Positions 1 through 10,387 of a stretch of DNA of 64,000 nt are shown here, piece by piece. Both the position numbers and the translations under genes were made by a program. This stretch comes from an uncultured Comamonas sp. (lineage in GTDB: Bacteria > Pseudomonadota > Gammaproteobacteria > Burkholderiales > Burkholderiaceae_C): assembly GCA_947306475.1 (NCBI GenBank), contig CAMZGS010000007.1:26598-90597 (forward strand), read 5' to 3'. A model generated the notes under the pieces. It had not been told where the DNA came from, did no database searches, and was given only the letters and a program-made list of their open reading frames with translations. How positions within the stretch are numbered: position 1 is the stretch's first letter; each line of letters opens with the position of its first letter.

Positions 1-1629
1 GCACACGATGCCGTGGCGCGCGCGCAGGCGCTGATCCTGGGGCTGGGCTTCAAGACCAGTGAGCTGGAGCAGCCCGTGGGCAGCTTCTCCGGCGGCTGGC
101 AGATGCGCCTGCAGCTGGCGCGTGCGCTGATGTGCCCCTCGGACATGCTGCTGCTGGACGAGCCGACCAACCACCTGGACCTGGACGCGCTCGTCTGGCT
201 GGAAGCCTGGCTCAAGCGCTACAGCGGCACGCTGATCATCATCAGCCACGACCGCGAGTTTCTGGACGCCACCACCCACGTCACCCTGCACATTGAAAAC
301 GGGCGCCTGACGCGCTACGGCGGCAACTACAGCAAGTTTGAAGAGCAGCACGCCCAGCAACTGGTGCTGCAACAGGCCGCCTACGAGCGCCAGCAGGAAA
401 GGATTGCCCACCTGCAAAGCTTCATCGACCGCTTCAAGGCCAAGGCCACCAAGGCCAGACAGGCGCAAAGCCGCATCAAGCAGATCGAACGCATGGAGAA
501 AGTGGCCCCCGTGCTGGCCAGCGCCGAATTCACCTTCGCCTTTCAGGAGCCGGTCAGCCTGCCCAACCCCATGCTGGCCATCACCGATGCATCGTTTGGC
601 TACACCAGCGACAGCGGCGCCGTGAGCACCATCCTGCAAGGCGTCAGCCGCACCGTGCTGGCCGGTCAGCGCATCGGCATTCTGGGCGCCAACGGCCAGG
701 GCAAATCCACGCTGGTCAAGACCATTGCGCGCGAGCTGCGCCCGCTGGCCGGCAAGCTCACCGAGGGCAAGGGCCTGCGGATTGGCTACTTTGCCCAGCA
801 GGAACTGGATGTGCTGCGCCCCGACGAGCATCCACTGCAGCACATGGTGCGCCTGGCGCGCGACCTGGGCGCCGATGCGCCCGCTGCCAGCCGCGAGCAG
901 GACCTGCGCAACTGGCTGGGCAGCTTCAACTTCAGCGGCGACATGGTCACGCAGAACGTGGGCAGCATGAGCGGCGGCGAAAAGGCACGCCTGGTGCTGG
1001 CCATGATCGTCTGGCAGCGCCCCAACCTGCTGCTGCTGGACGAACCGACCAACCACCTGGACCTGGCCACGCGCGAGGCGCTGGCCATGGCACTCAACGA
1101 CTTTGACGGCACGGTGCTGCTGGTCAGCCACGACCGCCACCTGCTGCGCGCCGTGTGCGACGATTTCTGGCTGGTCGGGCGCGGCCAGGTCACGCCTTTC
1201 GATGGCACGCTGGACGACTACCAGCGCTACCTGCTGGAAGAGTCGCGGCGTCTGCGCGAGGCACTCAAGGAAAAGCAGGCCGCGGAAAACCAGGGTGCGC
1301 AGACACCATCCGCAGCGGCAACCGCCCCCAGCCTCGACCCACGCGAAGCGCGCCGTCAGGCCGCGCAGGCACGCCAGGCGCTGGCCGAAAAGACCAGGCC
1401 GCTGAAAAAGGAGCTGGAAAAAGTCGAGGCGCGCATGGGTGCCCTCAACACCGAAAAGACCCAGCTTGAAGAGCGCCTGAGCACGCCCCTGCCGCCGGCA
1501 GAGATCGCCGAAGCCGGCAAACGCCTCAAGGCCGTGGGCGACGAGCTGGAGCAGTGCGAAGAGCGCTGGCTGGAGTTGAGTGAAAAAATAGAGCAGCTCA
1601 CGCTTGCTGCGCAAGAATCATCGGTATAA
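1..1629 (+). CDS. ABC-F family ATPase (YheS/Uup-like), 5' end cut by window edge
   Basis: Frame 1 is open from base 1 (AHDAVARAQALILGLGF...). Two ABC cassettes are visible: signature FSGGWQMRL with Walker B LLLDEPTNHLD, then Walker A GANGQGKST, signature MSGGEKARL and a second LLLDEPTNHLD. The charged coiled-coil C-terminal tail is typical of ABC-F proteins. Confidence 0.9.
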   Translation, partial: AHDAVARAQALILGLGFKTSELEQPVGSFSGGWQMRLQLARALMCPSDMLLLDEPTNHLDLDALVWLEAWLKRYSGTLIIISHDREFLDATTHVTLHIENGRLTRYGGNYSKFEEQHAQQLVLQQAAYERQQERIAHLQSFIDRFKAKATKARQAQSRIKQIERMEKVAPVLASAEFTFAFQEPVSLPNPMLAITDASFGYTSDSGAVSTILQGVSRTVLAGQRIGILGANGQGKSTLVKTIARELRPLAGKLTEGKGLRIGYFAQQELDVLRPDEHPLQHMVRLARDLGADAPAASREQDLRNWLGSFNFSGDMVTQNVGSMSGGEKARLVLAMIVWQRPNLLLLDEPTNHLDLATREALAMALNDFDGTVLLVSHDRHLLRAVCDDFWLVGRGQVTPFDGTLDDYQRYLLEESRRLREALKEKQAAENQGAQTPSAAATAPSLDPREARRQAAQARQALAEKTRPLKKELEKVEARMGALNTEKTQLEERLSTPLPPAEIAEAGKRLKAVGDELEQCEERWLELSEKIEQLTLAAQESSV

Positions 1630-1642
1630 ATTCACCTAAAAC

Positions 1643-1680
1643 CCTTGTCTGACAAGCGCAAGCAGCTCTCTTTTTCAAGA
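1643..1680. repeat. REP-like intergenic element, half copy
   Basis: CTTGTCTGACAAGCGCAAGCAGCTCTCTTTTTCAAG shares the CAAGCGC-N3-GCAGCT..T-run..TTCAAG core with the other copies in this window. It sits just after the ABC-F stop and may double as a terminator. Confidence 0.5.
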
Positions 1681-1727
1681 GTACTGCAACGCGCTACAGT
1701 ACGCCTCTTCATAGAAAGCCTTGAGCC

Positions 1728-2096
1728 ATGCCGCGCTACTACTCTCAGGAACACGTCTGGATCGACACCACCGACCCCCAAGCCGCCCGCGTGGGCATCA
1801 CCGAGCATGCCCAGGAGGCCCTGGGCGATGTGGTGTTTGCCGATCTGCCCGAACCGGGCGCCGCCCTCACCCAGGGGCTGGTGGCCGGCGTCATCGAATC
1901 CGTCAAGGCCGCTGCCGACCTGTTTGCCCCGGCCAGCGGCACGGTGCTGGCCACCAACCCGGCGGTGCGGGACGATCCCTCCCTGCTCAACAGCGACCCA
2001 TTGGGGGAGGGCTGGCTGTTCACCCTGACGCTCAGCGACGCGCAGGAGCTGCAGCAGCTGATGGACGAAGCCGCCTACCAGGCCTTTTGCGGCTGA
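1728..2096 (+). CDS. glycine-cleavage H-protein-like lipoyl carrier (orphan copy, no gcvT/gcvP nearby)
   Basis: 122 aa with ATG start. GITEHAQEALGDVVFADLPE, the lipoyl-lysine motif IESVKAAADL and GEGWLF match the GcvH fold. Confidence 0.8.
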   Translation: MPRYYSQEHVWIDTTDPQAARVGITEHAQEALGDVVFADLPEPGAALTQGLVAGVIESVKAAADLFAPASGTVLATNPAVRDDPSLLNSDPLGEGWLFTLTLSDAQELQQLMDEAAYQAFCG

Positions 2097-2214
2097 TGGC
2101 GTTCGCAAGGCGCCTTCACCTTTTGCCCACACGCCCGCGCTGGCGTGACACCCGCCCCTGGGGGGCATAGACTGCCCGCATCTGCACCCTGTGCCCCGCC
2201 AGCGAGTCCGTGCC

Positions 2215-4455
2215 ATGAGCCAACCCGATCTGTCCTTCCTCGTCCAGCGCGAGCAATCCGCCCCGGCAGCAGCCGATGCGCCCGCGCCATCCGACCCGGC
2301 CCCGCTGCCGCCCCTGCCCGAGCTGCCTGCCGACCTGGAAGCCCAGCTGCTGGCCGCCAGCCGCCCACTGGACGATCCCCTGGCCCTCCTGATCGAGGAG
2401 CTGCGCAACTACCAGGCCGAGCTGGAGGTGCAAAACCAGGTGCTCAACTACAGCCAGGCGGTGGCGGAAAGCGCCTCCGAGCGCTTTGAGGCCCTGTTTT
2501 CCAGCGTGCCCCTGCCGCTGCTGGTGCTGGACGATGCCCACGACATGGTCATCCAGGCCAACGCCATGGCCCTGGGCGCCTTTCAGCCGCCGGGCAGCGA
2601 CCGGCTGCTGGCCAGCTTCATGCCCTTTGTGCGTGAGGCCGACAGCGAACGCGTGGTTCAGGCGTTCGAACACGCCCGCCAGCATGGCCGCAGCGAGGTG
2701 CACGAGGTCATCTTCCACCTGGGCGATGCCAGCACCATGCAGGGCGACCTGCACATTGCCTGCATCGAAGTACCCCAGCAGGAAGGCCCGCCGATTGCGC
2801 AATTCATGTGCGCCATCGTCGATCAGGGACCGCTGCTGGCCGAGCGCGCTGCGCTGCAGGAACGCAACGCCCAGCTGCTGGCCAGCGAAAAACGCCTGGA
2901 AGCGGTGATCAATGCCTCCATGGACGCCATCATCAGCGTCGATAAGGACCTGCGCATCACCGTCTTCAACCCCACGGCAGCCGCCCTGTTTGCCTGCTCG
3001 GCCAGCGATGCCCTGGGCAGCCAGCTGGAGCGCTTCCTGCCCGAGATTGCCACCTCCCTGCCCCTGTCCAAGGTGGCCACGCAGGCCGTGCTGGGCGAAA
3101 TGCAGGGCCGCACCGCTGCCGGAAACACCGTGCAGGTGGAAGTGAGCGTGGCCTTTGAGTCGCTGGCCGATGGCGTCAACACCACCGTCTTCGCACGCGA
3201 CCTGACCAGCCGCAAACGCACCGAGGCGCAGCGCAGCGCCCTGGAGGCACAGCTGCGCGAAGCCCACAAGATGCAGGCCCTGGGCACCATGGCCGGGGGC
3301 ATTGCGCACGACTTCAACAACATCGTCGGCGCCATCCTGGGCAATGTGGAACTGGCTAAGGCCGACAGCGCGCAGAATCCGCAACTGCTGGAGAGCCTGC
3401 TGGAGATCGAAAAGGCCGGGCGCCGGGCGCGCGATCTGGTGCGCCAGATCCTGACCTTCAGCCGCAACGAGCCGCCCGCACGCCGCGCGGTGCACCCGCT
3501 GCAAGTGATTCAGGAGACCGAAAAGCTGCTGCGCATGGGGCTGCCACCGGCCATTGCGCTGCACATCGACGTGCCGCCGCACCTGCCCCCCATGCTGGCC
3601 GATCCGGCGCAGGTGGAGCAGGCACTCTTCAACCTGACCAACAATGCGGTGCACGCCTTGGCCGGTCGCACCGGCGAGATCCGCATCGAGGCGCGCCGGG
3701 TCTGGCCCGAGCCACACCTGCAACAGCGCCTGGACCTGCGCCAGGAAAGCTACATCGCCCTGTCGGTGCGCGACAACGGCCCCGGCATGGACGCCAGCAC
3801 GCGCGAGCGCGTTTTCGAGCCGTTTTTCACCACCAAGCCCGTCGGTCAGGGCACCGGCCTGGGGCTGGCGGTGGTGCACGGGCTGATGCGCACGCACGAA
3901 GGCGCCGTGGAGGTCGAAACCCAGCCCGGCCAGGGCTGCTGCTTCACGCTGTATTTTCCGCTGCTGCCCGCCAGTGCGGCGGCCATCTTCACCGCGCCGC
4001 GCCTGCCGCGCGTCAGAACGCCCCAGGCACCCCAGCTGCCGGTGGGCCTGCACACTGCCCCACAGGCGCAGCACCACATCATGTATGTGGACGACGATCA
4101 GTCCCTGGTGTTTCTGGTGCAGCGCCTGCTGCGCCGCCGTGGCTATCAGGTCACCAGCTTCGACGATCCGCGCGCAGCGGTGGAAGCCTTGCGTCAGACC
4201 CCGCATGCCTTCGATCTGGTGGTCACCGACTACAACATGCCCGGCTACTGCGGGCTGGAGCTGGTCAAGGCCGCGCAGCAGATCCGCCCGGATCTGCCCG
4301 TGGCGCTGGCCTCGGGCTATGTCACCTCGGACATCAGCGAACAGGCCCTGGCCGCTGGCGCGCTGGCCCTGATCCACAAGCCCAACGACGTCAGCGAGCT
4401 GTGTGCCATCGTGGACCAGCTGCTGCACCCCCAATCCGACTGGGCGCAACGATGA
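2215..4455 (+). CDS. hybrid sensor histidine kinase / response regulator with PAS domains
   Basis: N-terminal coiled coil and PAS-like segments. H-box GGIAHDFNNIVGAI, HATPase boxes (NLTNNAVHA, DNGPGM, GTGLGLAVV) and a C-terminal receiver (IMYVDDD...DLVVTDYNMPG). Start is uncertain: ATG 2215 chosen over the track's GTG 2191. Confidence 0.88.
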   Translation: MSQPDLSFLVQREQSAPAAADAPAPSDPAPLPPLPELPADLEAQLLAASRPLDDPLALLIEELRNYQAELEVQNQVLNYSQAVAESASERFEALFSSVPLPLLVLDDAHDMVIQANAMALGAFQPPGSDRLLASFMPFVREADSERVVQAFEHARQHGRSEVHEVIFHLGDASTMQGDLHIACIEVPQQEGPPIAQFMCAIVDQGPLLAERAALQERNAQLLASEKRLEAVINASMDAIISVDKDLRITVFNPTAAALFACSASDALGSQLERFLPEIATSLPLSKVATQAVLGEMQGRTAAGNTVQVEVSVAFESLADGVNTTVFARDLTSRKRTEAQRSALEAQLREAHKMQALGTMAGGIAHDFNNIVGAILGNVELAKADSAQNPQLLESLLEIEKAGRRARDLVRQILTFSRNEPPARRAVHPLQVIQETEKLLRMGLPPAIALHIDVPPHLPPMLADPAQVEQALFNLTNNAVHALAGRTGEIRIEARRVWPEPHLQQRLDLRQESYIALSVRDNGPGMDASTRERVFEPFFTTKPVGQGTGLGLAVVHGLMRTHEGAVEVETQPGQGCCFTLYFPLLPASAAAIFTAPRLPRVRTPQAPQLPVGLHTAPQAQHHIMYVDDDQSLVFLVQRLLRRRGYQVTSFDDPRAAVEALRQTPHAFDLVVTDYNMPGYCGLELVKAAQQIRPDLPVALASGYVTSDISEQALAAGALALIHKPNDVSELCAIVDQLLHPQSDWAQR

Positions 4456-5102
4456 GCACCGATGGGCCGCTGTGTCTCTACCAGGACGAGCACCTGCTGG
4501 TGCTGCACAAGCCCGCCGGGCTGCTCAGCGTACCCGGGCGCGGCCCCGACAAGCAGGACTGTCTGATCCACCGTGCGCAGCAGCATTGGCCCGATGCCCT
4601 GGTGGTGCACCGGCTGGACATGGCCACCTCCGGCCTGGTGCTGCTGGCACGCAACAAGGCCACGCAGGCCGCCCTGAGCCAGGCCTTTGCCGAGCGCCAG
4701 GTGCACAAGCGCTACGTGGCCGTGGCCTGGGGCGAGCTGCATGATGCCGACGACTGGCAATGCATCAATGCCCCGCTGCGCTGCGACTGGGAGCGACGCC
4801 CCTTGCAGATCGTGGACCCGATCCAGGGCAAGCCCAGCCTGACGCGCTACCGCCGCGCCCCCGCGCAGCACGGCACCCCACCCGGCTGCACGCGCCTGCT
4901 GCTGGAGCCAGTGACCGGGCGCAGTCACCAGCTGCGCGTGCACATGGCACACCTGAACCTGCCCCTGGTGGGTGATGCCCTCTATGCCCCCCAGCCGGTA
5001 CAGGCCCTGGCACCACGCCTGCTGCTGCACGCGCAGACGCTGGGCTTTACCCACCCGCACAGCAGACAGGCGATGTTTTTCGAGCATCCGCCGGATTTTT
5101 GA
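4452..5102 (+). CDS. RluA-family pseudouridine synthase
   Basis: LLVLHKPAGLLSVPGRG and the catalytic HRLDMATSGLVLLARNK motif. ATG 4452 overlaps the kinase stop (ATGA). The upstream part of the track ORF lies inside the kinase gene. Confidence 0.88.
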   Translation: MSTDGPLCLYQDEHLLVLHKPAGLLSVPGRGPDKQDCLIHRAQQHWPDALVVHRLDMATSGLVLLARNKATQAALSQAFAERQVHKRYVAVAWGELHDADDWQCINAPLRCDWERRPLQIVDPIQGKPSLTRYRRAPAQHGTPPGCTRLLLEPVTGRSHQLRVHMAHLNLPLVGDALYAPQPVQALAPRLLLHAQTLGFTHPHSRQAMFFEHPPDF

Positions 5103-5286
5103 CGGCCGCCCTACACCAGTCCGCCATCTTCAACGGGCAAGGGGGGCATAGTGAAAACCCGCTTGTCGCCCTGCGTACGCAATTTTTATCCTCTCGCTTC
5201 GCGCGGCAAGCTTGCAAATTGCGAATTTTGCCCAGCATCCGAAAACTTCATGTGCGCATCAATCAACTAAAGAGAGGACAAGCACC

Positions 5287-6414
5287 ATGCATATTCCCTT
5301 CCGTCTGCGTTCCCTGGTGACCACTATGGGCCTGGCTGGCGCCGCCTTGCTGGGGCAGGCATACGCCGCAGACACCATCAAGATTGCCATGGTCATCCCT
5401 GCCACTGGTCCTCTGACACAGTACGGCGACATGGTCAAGGAAGGCGTGGCCACCGCCGTGGAGCAAATCAACGCCGCTGGCGGCATCAACGGCAAGAAGA
5501 TCGAGACCACCATCGTCGATGACGCCTGCGAACCCAAACAAGGCCCCGTGGCTGCCAACCGCGTGGTCAATGCCAAGATTCATTACGTGGTCGGCCCTGT
5601 CTGCTCGGGCGCGGCCATTGCTGCCGCCCCCATTTACAACAACGAAGGCGTGGTGGTGATCACACCTTCGGCCACTTCCCCTGCCCTGACTGAGGGCAAG
5701 AACTTCCACTACATCTTCCGCACCATCGGCCGCGACGATCAGCAAGGCCCTTCGGCAGCGAAATTCATCATTGAAAAAGCCAAGCCCAAGAAAGTGGCCG
5801 TGCTGCACGACAAGCAGTCTTATGGTCAAGGCATCGCCGCCTCGGTGCGCGATGAGCTGAAGAAGGCCAACGTGGAAGTGGCCCTGTTTGAAGGCATCAA
5901 CGCCGGTGACAGCGACTACTCGGCCGTGATCACCAAGCTCAAGAGCGTGGGCGCCGACTTCGTGTACTACGGCGGCTACCACCCCGAAATGGGCCTGCTG
6001 CTGCGCCAGGCGGCAGAGCAAGGCCTGAAGGTGCGCATGATGGGCCCTGAGGGCGTGGGCAACCCCGAGATCAACGCCATTGCCGGCGATGCCGTGGAAG
6101 GCATGCTGGTGACCCTGCCGGCCGACCCGGCCACCAAGCCCGAGAACGCCGAGCTGGTCAAGGCCTTCAAGGACAAGAAGCGCGACCCCAGCGGCGCCTT
6201 CCAGATGGGCTCCTACACCGCCACCCAGGTGATTGCCCAGAGCATCAAGGCCGTGGGTGACGACCCCGCCAAGGTGGCAGACTACCTGCACAAGACCTCT
6301 TTCAACATGCCCACCGGTGAAGTCTCCTGGGATGCCAAGGGCGACCTGAAGTCCTTCGACTTCCCCGTGTACTCCTGGCACAAGGATGGCAGCAAGACCG
6401 TCGCTGAAAAGTAA
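5287..6414 (+). CDS. livK: branched-chain amino acid ABC transporter substrate-binding protein (LivK/LivJ-like)
   Basis: Signal peptide MHIPFRLRSLVTTMGLAGAALLGQAYA followed by ADTIKIAMVIPATGPLTQYGD, typical of Leu/Ile/Val-binding proteins. SD AGAGAGGA lies upstream of ATG 5287. Followed by livHMGF. Confidence 0.9.
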   Translation: MHIPFRLRSLVTTMGLAGAALLGQAYAADTIKIAMVIPATGPLTQYGDMVKEGVATAVEQINAAGGINGKKIETTIVDDACEPKQGPVAANRVVNAKIHYVVGPVCSGAAIAAAPIYNNEGVVVITPSATSPALTEGKNFHYIFRTIGRDDQQGPSAAKFIIEKAKPKKVAVLHDKQSYGQGIAASVRDELKKANVEVALFEGINAGDSDYSAVITKLKSVGADFVYYGGYHPEMGLLLRQAAEQGLKVRMMGPEGVGNPEINAIAGDAVEGMLVTLPADPATKPENAELVKAFKDKKRDPSGAFQMGSYTATQVIAQSIKAVGDDPAKVADYLHKTSFNMPTGEVSWDAKGDLKSFDFPVYSWHKDGSKTVAEK

Positions 6415-6432
6415 TCCCCTCCGAGCCCACTT

Positions 6433-6467
6433 GCCCACAGCGCCCGCCCCGGGTCTGTGGGCTTTTT
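6433..6467 (+). terminator. intrinsic terminator/attenuator hairpin between livK and livH
   Basis: GCCCACAG-N14-CTGTGGGC stem followed by TTTTT, 19 nt after the livK stop. Confidence 0.6.
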
Positions 6468-6637
6468 AGAACCGCTCACACCATCCCTGACACACGTCGC
6501 CACCTGGCCTGGCCGCGCCCGGTGAGCGTCGCGTCTCAAGCGCGGGGCTGCGTCCCGTCCGATGGTGTGAGCCGCTCCCGGGTTTTCCAAGCCAGCAACT
6601 GCCGCGCCCCGAGAGGCCTGCGGCCGGAAGTAAGCGC

Positions 6638-7564
6638 ATGAACGACTTTCTCCCTCAGCTGTTACAGCAGCTCTTCAACGGCCTCTCACTGGGGGCCATC
6701 TACGCCTTGATCGCTATTGGCTACACCATGGTTTACGGCATCATCGGCATGATCAACTTTGCGCACGGCGAGATTTACATGATCGGTGGCTATGTGGGTC
6801 TGGTGACCCTGTCGGCCATTGGCACGCAAAGCGGCCTGCCGGTCTGGGCCATCATCGGCCTGATGCTGGTGGTGGCGATGTTCATCACCGGCCTGTACGG
6901 TCTGGCTGTCGAGCAGACGGCCTACCGCCCTCTGCGCGGCAGCCCGCGCCTGGTGCCGCTGATCTCGGCCATCGGTATGTCCATCTTCCTGCAGAACTGG
7001 GTGGCCCTGGGCCAGGGTGCCCGCGACATGGCCGTGCCTGCCCTGCTGCCCGGCGCCTTCCGCTTTGGTAGCGAAGACGGCTTCGAAGTCTTTGTCCCCT
7101 ACACCCGTGTGCTCATCATCGCCGTCACTGTGGTGCTGATGGTGCTGCTCACGCTCTATATCCGCCACTCGCGCATGGGCCGCGCCAGCCGCGCCTGCTC
7201 GCAGGACATGCACATGGCCAGCCTGCTGGGCATCAACACCAACCGCGTGATTTCCTTCACCTTCGTGCTGGGCGCCATGCTGGCGGCCGTGGGCGGTGTG
7301 CTGATTGCCCTGGCTGTGGGCAAGCTCAACCCCTTCATCGGCTTCATCGCCGGCATCAAGGCCTTTACGGCGGCCGTGCTGGGTGGCATTGGCAGCATTC
7401 CCGGCGCCATGCTCGGCGGCGTCGTGCTGGGTGTGGCCGAGACCCTGGCTGCGGCCTACATCTCCTCAGAATACAAGGACATCGTGGCCTTTGGCCTGCT
7501 GGTGCTGATCCTGTTGTTCCGTCCCACCGGCCTGCTGGGCAAACCTGAAGTGGAGAAGGTGTGA
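6638..7564 (+). CDS. livH: branched-chain amino acid ABC transporter permease LivH
   Basis: 308-aa polytopic membrane protein. The N-terminus [38 protein letters not shown] is the canonical LivH signature region. Confidence 0.92.
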   Translation: MNDFLPQLLQQLFNGLSLGAIYALIAIGYTMVYGIIGMINFAHGEIYMIGGYVGLVTLSAIGTQSGLPVWAIIGLMLVVAMFITGLYGLAVEQTAYRPLRGSPRLVPLISAIGMSIFLQNWVALGQGARDMAVPALLPGAFRFGSEDGFEVFVPYTRVLIIAVTVVLMVLLTLYIRHSRMGRASRACSQDMHMASLLGINTNRVISFTFVLGAMLAAVGGVLIALAVGKLNPFIGFIAGIKAFTAAVLGGIGSIPGAMLGGVVLGVAETLAAAYISSEYKDIVAFGLLVLILLFRPTGLLGKPEVEKV

Positions 7565-8826
7565 TGCTGCGCAACATTCAACGCAACCTTATCCCGGCCT
7601 TGCTGGCCACGGTGATTGCCGCACTGCTCATCACCCCGATCTTCGGCCTGGAGCTGCAACGCGCCGGCAGCCGGCTGAGTGTGCAGCCGCACTGGAACTA
7701 CGTCCTGTGGGGCTGCCTGGCCGTGTTCGTGGTGCAACTGTGCAAGCCTGCGCTGCACGGCTTCACCAACACCATGCGCCTGCCCCAGGTGCCGCGCCTG
7801 CCCCAGCCCTGGGTCAAGCCGCTGATGCTTGCCGCGCTGCTGCTGGCAGTGATCTGGCCCTTCATGGCCGGGCGCAACGCCGTGGACATTGCCACGCTGG
7901 CGCTGATCTACGTCATGCTGGCGCTGGGGCTGAACATCGTGGTTGGCTTTGCCGGTCTGCTGGACCTGGGCTTTGTCGGCTTTTACGCCGTGGGAGCCTA
8001 CACCTACGCCCTGCTCTACCACTGGGCGGGCTGGAGCTTCTGGCAGGCATTGCCCTTGTCGGGCGTGATGGCTGCACTGTTTGGCTTTCTGCTGGGCTTT
8101 CCGGTGCTGCGCCTGCGCGGTGACTATCTGGCCATCGTCACCCTGGGGTTTGGCGAAATCATCCGCCTGCTGCTGGTCAACCTGACCGACTGGACCGGCG
8201 GGCCCGATGGCATCTCCGGCATTCCCAAGCCCACGGTACTGGGGCTGGAGATGACGCGCAGCGCCAGCACCGAAGGTGCGCAGACCTTCCACCAATTCTT
8301 CGGCATGGATTTCAATTCCATGCACATGGTGATCTTCCTGTACCTGATGGCGCTGCTGCTGGCCGTCATCACGCTGCTGATTGGCAGTCGCCTGATCCGC
8401 ATGCCCATCGGCCGCGCCTGGGAAGCGCTGCGCGAGGACGAAATTGCCTGCCGTTCGCTGGGCCTGAGCCCCATGAACATCAAGCTCTCGGCCTTCACGC
8501 TGGGCGCCATGTTTGCCGGCTTTGGCGGCGCGTTCTTCGCGGCACGCCAGGGCATCGTCAACCCCGAATCGTTCACCTTCATCGAGTCGGCCCTGATCCT
8601 GGCCATCGTGGTGCTGGGCGGCATGGGCTCGCAACTGGGCGTCATCATCGCCGCAGTGTTGCTGACGGTGCTGCCCGAGCTGGCACGTGAGTTCTCCGAA
8701 TACCGCATGCTGATCTTCGGTCTGGTCATGATCCTCATGATGATCTGGCGCCCGCAGGGCCTGCTGCCCATGCGCCGCAACCACATCCATGTGGAGCCGC
8801 CACAAGAGCCTCAGCCCAAGTCCTGA
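7564..8826 (+). CDS. livM: branched-chain amino acid ABC transporter permease LivM
   Basis: Polytopic permease with [31 protein letters not shown] 7564 overlaps the livH TGA and is preceded by GGAGAAGG (track start GTG 7561 is 1 codon upstream). Confidence 0.9.
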   Translation: MLRNIQRNLIPALLATVIAALLITPIFGLELQRAGSRLSVQPHWNYVLWGCLAVFVVQLCKPALHGFTNTMRLPQVPRLPQPWVKPLMLAALLLAVIWPFMAGRNAVDIATLALIYVMLALGLNIVVGFAGLLDLGFVGFYAVGAYTYALLYHWAGWSFWQALPLSGVMAALFGFLLGFPVLRLRGDYLAIVTLGFGEIIRLLLVNLTDWTGGPDGISGIPKPTVLGLEMTRSASTEGAQTFHQFFGMDFNSMHMVIFLYLMALLLAVITLLIGSRLIRMPIGRAWEALREDEIACRSLGLSPMNIKLSAFTLGAMFAGFGGAFFAARQGIVNPESFTFIESALILAIVVLGGMGSQLGVIIAAVLLTVLPELAREFSEYRMLIFGLVMILMMIWRPQGLLPMRRNHIHVEPPQEPQPKS

Positions 8827-8843
8827 ACGGAGAGAATCACAGC

Positions 8844-9614
8844 ATGCACAGCGAATATTTACTTGACGTGCGGGACCTGAGCATGCGCTTTGGCGGCCTG
8901 ATTGCCGTCGATGGCGTGGGTCTGCAACTCAAGCCCCAGGAAATCTTTGCCATCATCGGCCCCAACGGCGCAGGCAAGACCACGGTGTTCAACTGCATCA
9001 GCGGCTTCTACACCCCTTCCTCGGGCAGCATCAACCTGGAAGGCGCGCGCCTGGACGGTCTGGGCAGCCACAGCGTGGCACGCCGGGGCGTGGTGCGCAC
9101 CTTCCAGAACGTGCGCCTGTTCAAGCGCATGACCGCGCTGGAGAACCTGCTGGTGGCCCAGCACCAGCGGCAAAAGGTCTCCGTGCTGGCCGGCCTGTTC
9201 AACACCGCCAGCTACCGTCGCCAGGAGCAGGAATCGATTGCCCGGGCGATGCATTGGCTCAACTACATGGGCATTGCCGAATTTGCCAACCGCGAAGCCG
9301 GCAATCTGGCGTATGGCCACCAGAGGCGCCTGGAGATTGCGCGCTGCATGATCACCGGCCCCCGGTTGCTGATGCTGGATGAACCCGCAGCAGGCCTCAA
9401 CCCGCAGGAGAAAAAGGAGCTGCAACAGCTCATTGGCCGCCTGCGCGATGAGTACCAGGTGACCATCCTGCTGATCGAGCACGACATGGGGCTGGTCATG
9501 GGCGTGTCCGAGCGCATTCTGGTCATGGAGTACGGCAAGCCCATTGCCATGGGCACGCCCGAAGAGATTCGCAACAACGAAAGGGTCATCAAGGCCTATC
9601 TGGGAGAAGCCTGA
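8844..9614 (+). CDS. livG: branched-chain amino acid ABC transporter ATPase LivG
   Basis: Walker A GPNGAGKTT, signature YGHQRRLEIARC and Walker B LLMLDEPAAGL, with a LivG-type C-terminus. Confidence 0.92.
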   Translation: MHSEYLLDVRDLSMRFGGLIAVDGVGLQLKPQEIFAIIGPNGAGKTTVFNCISGFYTPSSGSINLEGARLDGLGSHSVARRGVVRTFQNVRLFKRMTALENLLVAQHQRQKVSVLAGLFNTASYRRQEQESIARAMHWLNYMGIAEFANREAGNLAYGHQRRLEIARCMITGPRLLMLDEPAAGLNPQEKKELQQLIGRLRDEYQVTILLIEHDMGLVMGVSERILVMEYGKPIAMGTPEEIRNNERVIKAYLGEA

Positions 9615-10345
9615 TGCGCGACGACCAAAACACTTCGCCCGCCATGCTGGAAGTTGATCGGCTGTGCACCCATTACGGGGCCATCTGCGCCGTGGACCAC
9701 GTCAGCCTGCACGTGAACAAGGGCGAGATCGTCAGCCTGATCGGCGCCAACGGCGCGGGCAAGACCTCGCTGCTCATGACCATCTGCGGCAACCCGCGCG
9801 CCACCTCGGGCACGGTGCATTTCGAGGGCGAGGAAATCTCCAGCCTGCCCTCGCACCTCATCATGCGCAGGGGCATTGCCATCTCCCCCGAAGGGCGGCG
9901 CATCTTCCCGGCCCTGACGGTGATCGAAAACCTGCAAATGGGCGGCTTTTTCCTCAGCAAGGCCGACATTGCCACGGGCATTGAGCATGTGTTCCACCTG
10001 TTCCCGCGTTTGCGCGAGCGCGCCGCCCAGCGCGCAGGCACCATGAGCGGTGGTGAGCAACAAATGCTGGCCATTGGCCGCGCCTTGATGAGCAAGCCGC
10101 GCCTACTGCTGCTGGACGAACCCACGCTGGGGCTGGCGCCGCTGGTCATTGCGCAGATCTTCGAGATCATCCAGACCATCCGCAACGAAGGCGTGACCGT
10201 GTTCCTGGTCGAGCAAAACGCCAACCGTGCCCTGCAGATTGCCGACCGTGGCTATGTGCTGGAAAACGGCCGCGTGGTACTGGAGGACACGGGCGCTGCC
10301 CTGCTGACCAACGACGCGGTGCGCAAGGCCTACCTGGGCGGCTGA
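9614..10345 (+). CDS. livF: branched-chain amino acid ABC transporter ATPase LivF
   Basis: Walker A GANGAGKTS, signature MSGGEQQMLAIGRAL and Walker B LLLLDEPTLGLAP. The start overlaps the livG stop (ATGA-type coupling). Confidence 0.92.
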   Translation: MRDDQNTSPAMLEVDRLCTHYGAICAVDHVSLHVNKGEIVSLIGANGAGKTSLLMTICGNPRATSGTVHFEGEEISSLPSHLIMRRGIAISPEGRRIFPALTVIENLQMGGFFLSKADIATGIEHVFHLFPRLRERAAQRAGTMSGGEQQMLAIGRALMSKPRLLLLDEPTLGLAPLVIAQIFEIIQTIRNEGVTVFLVEQNANRALQIADRGYVLENGRVVLEDTGAALLTNDAVRKAYLGG

Positions 10346-10387
10346 ATCTCCCAGAGGGCGCCATGCCCCTTGTGGCAGGATGCGGGG

